Below are positions 15,147-20,000 of a stretch of DNA of 20,000 bases, piece by piece. The notes under the pieces were generated by a model that did no database searches, had not been told where the DNA came from, and saw nothing but the letters and a program-made list of their open reading frames with translations. Origin of the DNA: an uncultured virus (IMG/VR IMGVR_UViG_3300005201_000719) (lineage: Duplodnaviria > Heunggongvirae > Uroviricota > Caudoviricetes); the IMG/VR virus record IMGVR_UViG_3300005201_000719, one strand, 5' to 3'. Made by a program: the position numbers and the translations under genes. Within the stretch, counting starts at the first letter, position 1; every line of letters begins with the position of its first letter.

Positions 15147-15495
15147 AAATCGTTCCCTCCCGTAGTTTTGCGGGGGCTGCTCCGAATGGCGTTGTCAGAC
15201 CCCCGCTTTGAATGTCAATTCTTTTTTTGTCAGCTACATCACACACCTCCTTTTTATCCTTTGGCTTAGTGGCGGCCGGAACTTCTTTTTTCTCCAGCCA
15301 GTCACTAATGTCCGCAGAATCCATAAACCTTTTCCCGGCGTCCAGCAAAAACCACTTGAACGGAAGCGTCCCGTTTCTCATGTGCCTGTAGTACCAGTCC
15401 TTTCCGAGCCGGGTTATCTTCACGGCTTCATCGACTGACAGCAGTTGGCCGCGGACCGACTTCAAAACTTGCGGTACTGCGTTGCTTTGCCTCAA
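15139..15495 (-). CDS. Excisionase/AlpA-like winged-HTH protein (Cro/Xis position)
   Basis: LLSVDEAVKITRLGKDWYYRHMRNGTLP...KRFMDSADISDWL; probable TTG start at 15495, 5 nt after GGAGG (ATG at 15507 is an alternative). Confidence 0.8.
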   Translation of the reverse strand: MRQSNAVPQVLKSVRGQLLSVDEAVKITRLGKDWYYRHMRNGTLPFKWFLLDAGKRFMDSADISDWLEKKEVPAATKPKDKKEVCDVADKKRIDIQSGGLTTPFGAAPAKLREGTIYD

Positions 15496-15507
15496 GCCTT
15501 CCTCCAT

Positions 15508-15599
15508 AAAAAAAAGGGAATTGCCATCCTGGCCCTTTCGGGTGGAGGTGTTCTGGGCACCCCCGGATAGCAATTCCCTGTTTCACCCTGCCCAGAACA
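15508..15599 (-). promoter_or_regulatory. Structured leader: branched terminator-like element plus upstream complementary site
   Basis: GGGAATTGC/GCAATTCCC stem followed by U8; inner hairpins GGGGGTG-CCCAGAA-CACCTCC and CCC-GAAA-GGG; 11-nt inverted repeat 15549-15559 / 15589-15599. Confidence 0.7.
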
Positions 15600-15652
15600 A
15601 GGTATCTTCTTCTTTAAGCCTTCCGGAGCTCCTAAAAGCCACGGAAGACCGA

Positions 15653-15758
15653 GCCACTTTAGTGGCGTTTATCTCACTATAAAGCCAAAATAATGGCTTC
15701 GTCAAGCGGTAAAGCCACTTTTTTGGCTTTTTTTTTCAGAAAAAGCCGAAATTATTGC
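15653..15758. promoter_or_regulatory. Lysis/lysogeny switch: four GCCA-N6-TGGC operators and leftward sigma70 promoter
   Basis: Sites at 15653-15666, 15684-15697, 15714-15727 and degenerate 15745-15758 (GCCG-N6-TTGC); TTGACG (15705-15700), 18-nt spacer, TATAGT (15681-15676) on minus. Confidence 0.85.
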
Positions 15759-15759
15759 T

Positions 15760-16182
15760 ATGAATTCAAAATTTTGGGAAAATGTTCGCGAGCAGATAAA
15801 AGACAAGAAAGATAGTCAGAAGTGGCTTGCGGATGCCTCGGGGGTTGGACGGACAGCGATAAACAATGGTATTGCCAAACTGAATAAGCCAGAAACCAAG
15901 GGAAATACCGTAATAAACAGTCCGTCAGCCGACAATGCCTTTGCCATTGCACGGGTTCTAAAAACAACGGTTGAAGAACTGGTAGCCGGTCCGATTGGCG
16001 CTGAGTATGTCCGGCAGCTTTATGCCGCCAAGGGGTTACTATGGGAGCCTCCCGGGCGTATCGCCGACATCGTGGCGGTGCTGGACGCCGTAGACGATGA
16101 AACGCTGGATACAGTCAGGACAATGCTTCTCCCGCTGAAAGAAAAAAAGGGAGACGTTGCATCCGGTTTGGCGACAGGGTGA
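15760..16182 (+). CDS. XRE-family HTH repressor (CI-like, no peptidase domain)
   Basis: FWENVRE.IK....SQKWLADASGVGRTAINN...PSADNAFAIARVLKTTVEELV; divergent from the early operon; no SD, possibly leaderless. Confidence 0.9.
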   Translation: MNSKFWENVREQIKDKKDSQKWLADASGVGRTAINNGIAKLNKPETKGNTVINSPSADNAFAIARVLKTTVEELVAGPIGAEYVRQLYAAKGLLWEPPGRIADIVAVLDAVDDETLDTVRTMLLPLKEKKGDVASGLATG

Positions 16183-16203
16183 TGTACTTAAATTGAAGGA
16201 ATT

Positions 16204-16497
16204 ATGCCAAGAAAGGTAGATCCGGAATTATTGCGGAAGCTCGCAGCAGAAAATAGAAGGCAAATGGAAGAATGCGGTCTCAAACTGTACGAATGGTCTA
16301 CTTGTGGGGATGAGCGTGTCAGCCCGGCTCATGCTTTAATGGAAGGAAAAATCTGTAAGTGGGCAGATCCTACGGTTTGCTCGACCAATGGGAAAACGTG
16401 GAAACCCCGCCCGAAAGGAGCGCCTCACGCCCACCCCGGGGAAGAGGAAGGCTGCCGCTGTACCGCAATGAGCTACAGCAAAGAACTTTTGGATTAA
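16204..16497 (+). CDS. Stand-alone phage minor head protein (MuF/SPP1 gp7) C-terminal domain, 97 aa
   Basis: YEWSTCGDERVSPAHALMEGK...W.DP...HPGEEEGCRC motif; AAGGA RBS. Confidence 0.8.
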   Translation: MPRKVDPELLRKLAAENRRQMEECGLKLYEWSTCGDERVSPAHALMEGKICKWADPTVCSTNGKTWKPRPKGAPHAHPGEEEGCRCTAMSYSKELLD

Positions 16498-16505
16498 GTT
16501 TTGGG

Positions 16506-16565
16506 AAAAAAAAGCTGCCCGTTCCAACAGTAGTCTTGAGGGAAAACTGATGTACACCGGGCAGC
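16506..16565 (-). terminator. Stem-loop with U8 tract on minus strand (terminator or small RNA 3' end)
   Basis: GCTGCCCG (16514-16521) / CGGGCAGC (16558-16565), A8 at 16506-16513; large internal region. Confidence 0.55.
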
Positions 16566-16667
16566 GATAGGTTCACAAAGTAAACCCAATTATCATTGTT
16601 AGCAATAATCGCATTGTTTGTCAACAAAGTTAGCGGAAAAAATTATATTCTCAAAGATAATAATGCT

Positions 16668-16853
16668 ATGGATAAGCAAGTTGTCTCAAAAGGGTTCCGC
16701 ATTTCAGTAAAGGCAGACGAGGTTTTGAAGGAAGTGTCAAAACGGGACTTTCGGGACTTCCCAACCGTTGTAAGGTATTCGCTCCTTGCGTACGTCCAAA
16801 AGCAGCACCCGGATTTGTACGATGCCCTTGCCGCGGAATTCACCCCGCAATAA
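16668..16853 (+). CDS. Small ribbon-helix-helix-like DNA-binding protein (61 aa)
   Basis: VSKGFRIS (beta strand), helix ADEVLKEVSKRD, helix FPTVVRYSL; ATG at 16668. Confidence 0.7.
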   Translation: MDKQVVSKGFRISVKADEVLKEVSKRDFRDFPTVVRYSLLAYVQKQHPDLYDALAAEFTPQ

Positions 16854-16963
16854 GCCCTTTACGGTCCAAAGTATTGCCAGACACCTCGTTTTTGGACGTC
16901 CAGGGTTATTGTCTTATATACCATCCTCTTTTATACTCACTGGTACTGAATAAGGAGTTACCA

Positions 16964-17365
16964 ATGAGAAAAGCCGTTTTTATCGTTTTTCTGGCCGCAA
17001 TAGCCGTGTCCGCGTGGGCCGGAACAGAGTTCCGGGATGCCTGCCGGAAGATTATTTATTCGGCCAATCCTGTTGACGAGGTTGCCAAGATAAATGATGA
17101 CCGCCTGCGGTCGCTGACGCGGTTCGCCTTGGGGATAGCCGCCGAGGGCCAAGACCCCCTAAACGAGAATGACGCCCTGATGTTTGCCTTCCTCGGTCGT
17201 GTGGAAATGCGGCGCCGACAGGCTACAGCAAACGAGTTCTCCCTGTTCCTGCAGGAAGAAAGGGAAAAACTACGCCCCTATATCAAGGGGAGCGGCGACG
17301 TCACGGCATACGTCAAAATGGATAACTGGATCGATATGTACCAGTTAAAGCTCATTACCGGATAA
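16964..17365 (+). CDS. Secreted/periplasmic hypothetical protein (133 aa)
   Basis: TAAGGAG RBS; signal peptide MRKAVFIVFLAAIAVSAWA with A-x-A cleavage site. Confidence 0.8.
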   Translation: MRKAVFIVFLAAIAVSAWAGTEFRDACRKIIYSANPVDEVAKINDDRLRSLTRFALGIAAEGQDPLNENDALMFAFLGRVEMRRRQATANEFSLFLQEEREKLRPYIKGSGDVTAYVKMDNWIDMYQLKLITG

Positions 17366-17372
17366 TACGTTA

Positions 17373-18668
17373 TTACGACGCCTTAAACTTGATGACGTTC
17401 GGCGGATCTTCCTTTGGCGGTTCCGCCGCTTTTTCCGTTGCCTCTGTAATAATACTCCCAATATCACGGATCGTCTTACTTGTTGAATGAAGGTAGTTTA
17501 TTGTCGTTTTCAGATCCGAGTGGCCTAACAGTTCTTGAATGTATCGTAAAGAAACGTTCCTTGCCTCCAGCAATGACGCCAGGGAATGACGCGAGCTGTG
17601 CGGAACAATTTCACGGCCGTTTAATTCTATCCCAGCTTTATTAAGCCATTTCTCAAAATGAGCGCCTATCCACCAAGCTGAGGGGATACTCCCGTCCTTG
17701 CGAGAAAACACAAATTCATGTTGGCCGTTTTCGGCCCACAGTTTTTTTATTGCCGCCTGTAGGATTGGATCAAATGGGGCTTTTCTTTCCTTTTTCCCTT
17801 TCGGTGGCCCCAGCACCTTGTCTTTATAGTCAAACATTTGCCATGCCCTGCGAACCATTATCTTTGGGGTGTGCCAGTCCAGATCCTCAGGCTTCAAAGC
17901 AAATACCTCAGCTCGGCGTAAACCAGAAAGGAACATCGCGCCGCACACCGCCAGATCCATAGTCTCAGTTAGAATACCCGGCATGAATAGCTGTAGCATT
18001 TCATCTTCCGGAAGGTGGTCTCTTGTCTTGCCTTCATATTTTGTAAGGTCAATGTACATGAATGGGTTTAGCCATTTGCGGTTTTTTCGTTGATATTGTT
18101 TGAACGCCATTTTGAAAAACTTTATAACGCCGGTCGCAGTACGAGTGCCGCCTAACATCTGATCGGATTCCTTTTTTCCTATCAACTTTTTTTTAACGGA
18201 TAATCGGGACATGAATTCCAAAATATCTTCTTCTTCAGTCTCAGCCATTTTTAACGAGGCTATCACATCGTTTTTTATGTGGCACTCATAATAACTTTTA
18301 TAAAAATTAAGAGAGTCCACGGAATACGGGCGGTTCTTTGAGGCATTGATTCCTGTCCGCGGGCTGGTATCTATCCGGGTGAACTTTTTCATCCAATCGC
18401 CGACCGTGATGTCTTCTGTAGAAATACGCCGGGCGCTCCCATCTTCTTCCAGCCTTTTTTTCAAGTACTGGACAAGGGCGAACACGGCGGTTTCCGCAGC
18501 GACTTTTGTTTGGGGGTATCGGTGATTTGCCAATTCTGTTGGCAGGTGTTTGAAGCTCTTGCGAAACCACTCGTCGCAGACGCGCTCTGGAAGGCCGCAG
18601 GAGGGATGAAGGGTAAGACGGTACGATTTGGAATCAGTACGGCGGATGATGGAATAGGGCTTTGGCAT
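17373..18668 (-). CDS. int: Tyrosine recombinase / phage integrase
   Basis: SGLRRAEVFALK (R), PKGKK (K), HSSRHS (HxxR), LLGHSDLKTTINY (H, Y); adjacent to tRNA 3' end; AAGGAG RBS. Confidence 0.97.
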   Translation of the reverse strand: MPKPYSIIRRTDSKSYRLTLHPSCGLPERVCDEWFRKSFKHLPTELANHRYPQTKVAAETAVFALVQYLKKRLEEDGSARRISTEDITVGDWMKKFTRIDTSPRTGINASKNRPYSVDSLNFYKSYYECHIKNDVIASLKMAETEEEDILEFMSRLSVKKKLIGKKESDQMLGGTRTATGVIKFFKMAFKQYQRKNRKWLNPFMYIDLTKYEGKTRDHLPEDEMLQLFMPGILTETMDLAVCGAMFLSGLRRAEVFALKPEDLDWHTPKIMVRRAWQMFDYKDKVLGPPKGKKERKAPFDPILQAAIKKLWAENGQHEFVFSRKDGSIPSAWWIGAHFEKWLNKAGIELNGREIVPHSSRHSLASLLEARNVSLRYIQELLGHSDLKTTINYLHSTSKTIRDIGSIITEATEKAAEPPKEDPPNVIKFKAS

Positions 18669-18700
18669 GGGTAGGCATCTCCTTCTTTGAAAAAGAATTA

Positions 18701-18784
18701 GTACCGATTTGGTACCGATGCCATTCGGAACAAGAAAATTAAAGAATTGACATTCTCGTAATTCCTTATCCTGTAAAGAATTAC
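18701..18784. repeat. att-proximal sites: tandem GTACCGAT repeats and inverted repeat
   Basis: GTACCGAT at 18701 and 18712 (11-bp period; candidate arm-type sites); GTAATTCCTTA-N5-TAAAGAATTAC at 18758-18784. Confidence 0.6.
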
Positions 18785-18789
18785 CTAAC

Positions 18790-19018
18790 TTCCCCAGGGA
18801 GGATTTGAACCNNNNNNNNNNNNNNNNNNNNNNNNNNNNNNNNNNNNNNNNNNNNNNNNNNNNNNNNNNNNNNNNNNNNNNNNNNNNNNNNNNNNNNNNN
18901 NNNNNNNNNNNNNNNNNNNNNNNNNNNNNNNNNNNNNNNNNNNNNNNNNNNNNNNNNNNNNNNNNNNNNNNNNNNNNNNNNNNNNNNNNNNNNNNNNNNN
19001 NNNNNNNACAACCGGGGA
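18790..19018 (-). tRNA. Host tRNA (probably tRNA-Gln) serving as integration site; middle hidden by the N gap
   Basis: 5' TCCCCGGTTGT at 19018-19008 pairs with 3' GGTTCAAATCCTCC-CTGGGGA-A at 18811-18790; U1-A72 suggests Gln (Asn possible); anticodon not visible. Confidence 0.8.
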
Positions 19019-19028
19019 TAGTGCTTTT

Positions 19029-19057
19029 AGGGTACTACAACGGGCAAAAACTGTCAA
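19029..19057 (-). promoter_or_regulatory. Sigma70 promoter of the host tRNA
   Basis: TTGACA (19057-19052), 17-nt spacer, TACCCT (19034-19029), 10 nt before the tRNA 5' end. Confidence 0.7.
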
Positions 19058-19072
19058 TTGGCGGGCGCTGCC

Positions 19073-19600
19073 CTATTCGCCGTGGTACTGAATCAGGGTG
19101 GTGATGGGGGTGGGGGCCAGGATCTTCTCGTAATTCAGAAAGGGAAGGCCGACTACGCCGAAAATTTCCGGCACGGTTGCGCCGCCGGCATGGAGCAGTT
19201 CTCTGGCGGCGTTAAGGGTGCCCCCGGTGGCGATAAGATCGTCCAACAGAAGTACTCGCCTGCCCTTGGGGATATCTTCCTGATGTATTTCTATTTCCGC
19301 CTGGGCATACTCCAAAATGTATCTTTTGGACAGGGTGATGCCGGGGAGCTTTCCCTTTTTTCGTATCAACAGCAGGGGGATTCCCATGCGAACGGCAAAG
19401 GGGGCGGCAAAAACAAAGCCCCGGGCTTCTATGGCTGCCACGGCGTCGATATTTTTACCGCTGTAGAGCGTAACCATGGCTTCTATGCAATGACTAAAAG
19501 CCTCCGGCTTTGTCAGGATGCTTGTAATGTCGTAGTAAAGAATGCCTTTTTTGGGGAAATCCGGGACTTTTCTGATGTAGTCATCCAGGTTCAATGACAT
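19073..19600 (-). CDS. apt: Adenine phosphoribosyltransferase
   Basis: IRKVPDFPKKGILYYDITS, EARGFVF, RKKGKLPG, YILEY, LLLDDLIATGGT. Confidence 0.98.
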   Translation of the reverse strand: MSLNLDDYIRKVPDFPKKGILYYDITSILTKPEAFSHCIEAMVTLYSGKNIDAVAAIEARGFVFAAPFAVRMGIPLLLIRKKGKLPGITLSKRYILEYAQAEIEIHQEDIPKGRRVLLLDDLIATGGTLNAARELLHAGGATVPEIFGVVGLPFLNYEKILAPTPITTLIQYHGE

Positions 19601-19610
19601 AGGATTTCCG

Positions 19611-20000
19611 TTAGCTTTTTGGGGTTCCCGCCAGAACCTTTTTGGTCCAGGCTTTTACGTCGCCTTCGCCCAGGAATGTATCCGGGTACAGGGCTGCTTC
19701 CGAATCGCGCAGAATCCCGCGGACGGAATCCGCCGCTCCTTTTGAAGATGAAAAGACACCGCAGGGTCTGCCGGCCAGGTTTATATGGGCCAACACAGTG
19801 GAAAGCTGGGAAAAACAAGGCGGATTGGGCGATTCCGCGCCAATAAAAAAGGCGTCAGAGGCCAATAATTGCGTTACGTCAAACTGTTCCGCCGGCATAA
19901 CCACCGCCTTCCAGGGGGGGGTTAGAGCCAGAGCCATAGCATCGGCCATTCCGCGGGTAGAGTCCGCCGTATCAATTACAATAAGCGCAAGCTGTTCCAC
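19611..20000 (-). CDS. Host hypothetical flavodoxin-like fold protein (start at or beyond window edge)
   Basis: alpha/beta pattern, DAFFIG, HINLAGRPCGVFS; co-oriented with apt. Confidence 0.65.
   Translation of the reverse strand: MEQLALIVIDTADSTRGMADAMALALTPPWKAVVMPAEQFDVTQLLASDAFFIGAESPNPPCFSQLSTVLAHINLAGRPCGVFSSSKGAADSVRGILRDSEAALYPDTFLGEGDVKAWTKKVLAGTPKS

Larger units (their letters stand above)
1..18811. mobile_element. Prophage (early, regulatory and integration modules; left part outside the window)
   Basis: Integrase at tRNA 3' end, repressor/Xis switch, RusA, Sak4-like/exonuclease/SSB module, phage tRNA; host genes resume beyond the tRNA. Confidence 0.9.

Noticed and set aside
1..18811. 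Complete DGR, retron or RT system within the window
   Set aside because: No reverse transcriptase motifs and no second, adenine-rich copy of the 12412-12540 region found on either strand.
18781..19104. ORFs spanning the N run
   Set aside because: Artefacts of the assembly gap.
19058..19597. 179-aa plus-strand ORF (and similar plus-strand ORFs across 84-10400)
   Set aside because: Antisense shadows of apt and of the well-supported minus-strand operon.

Overview
Right-hand end and early region of a temperate phage (prophage) integrated at the 3' end of a host tRNA gene (probably tRNA-Gln; its middle lies in a 196-N gap) next to apt. The host is probably a Treponema-like spirochaete, inferred from the SSB and flanking genes. 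Reading inward from the tRNA: tyrosine integrase, a rightward lysogeny cassette (XRE repressor, stand-alone MuF-like domain, RHH protein, secreted protein), a switch with four phased operators, and a long leftward early operon. That operon encodes an Xis/AlpA-like HTH, RusA, a C-type-lectin-fold protein with a DGR-target-like C-terminus, an AAA+/vWA-like pair, a short N6-MTase-like protein, a PD-(D/E)XK nuclease, an AAA_24/Sak4-like ATPase, two SSBs, a ParB-like protein and DUF3560. No structural-gene module is in the window. The most unusual content is non-coding. A ~560-nt RNA cassette (13305-13861, minus) holds an initiator-like tRNA(CAT), two tRNA mimics with replaced anticodon arms (one carrying an anti-Shine-Dalgarno sequence complementary to the next gene's RBS) and structured spacer RNAs. 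There is also a type I hammerhead ribozyme (7250-7314) and an attenuator-like leader RNA (15508-15650). All family assignments are from motif recognition and all folds are by hand; nothing was searched or computed.
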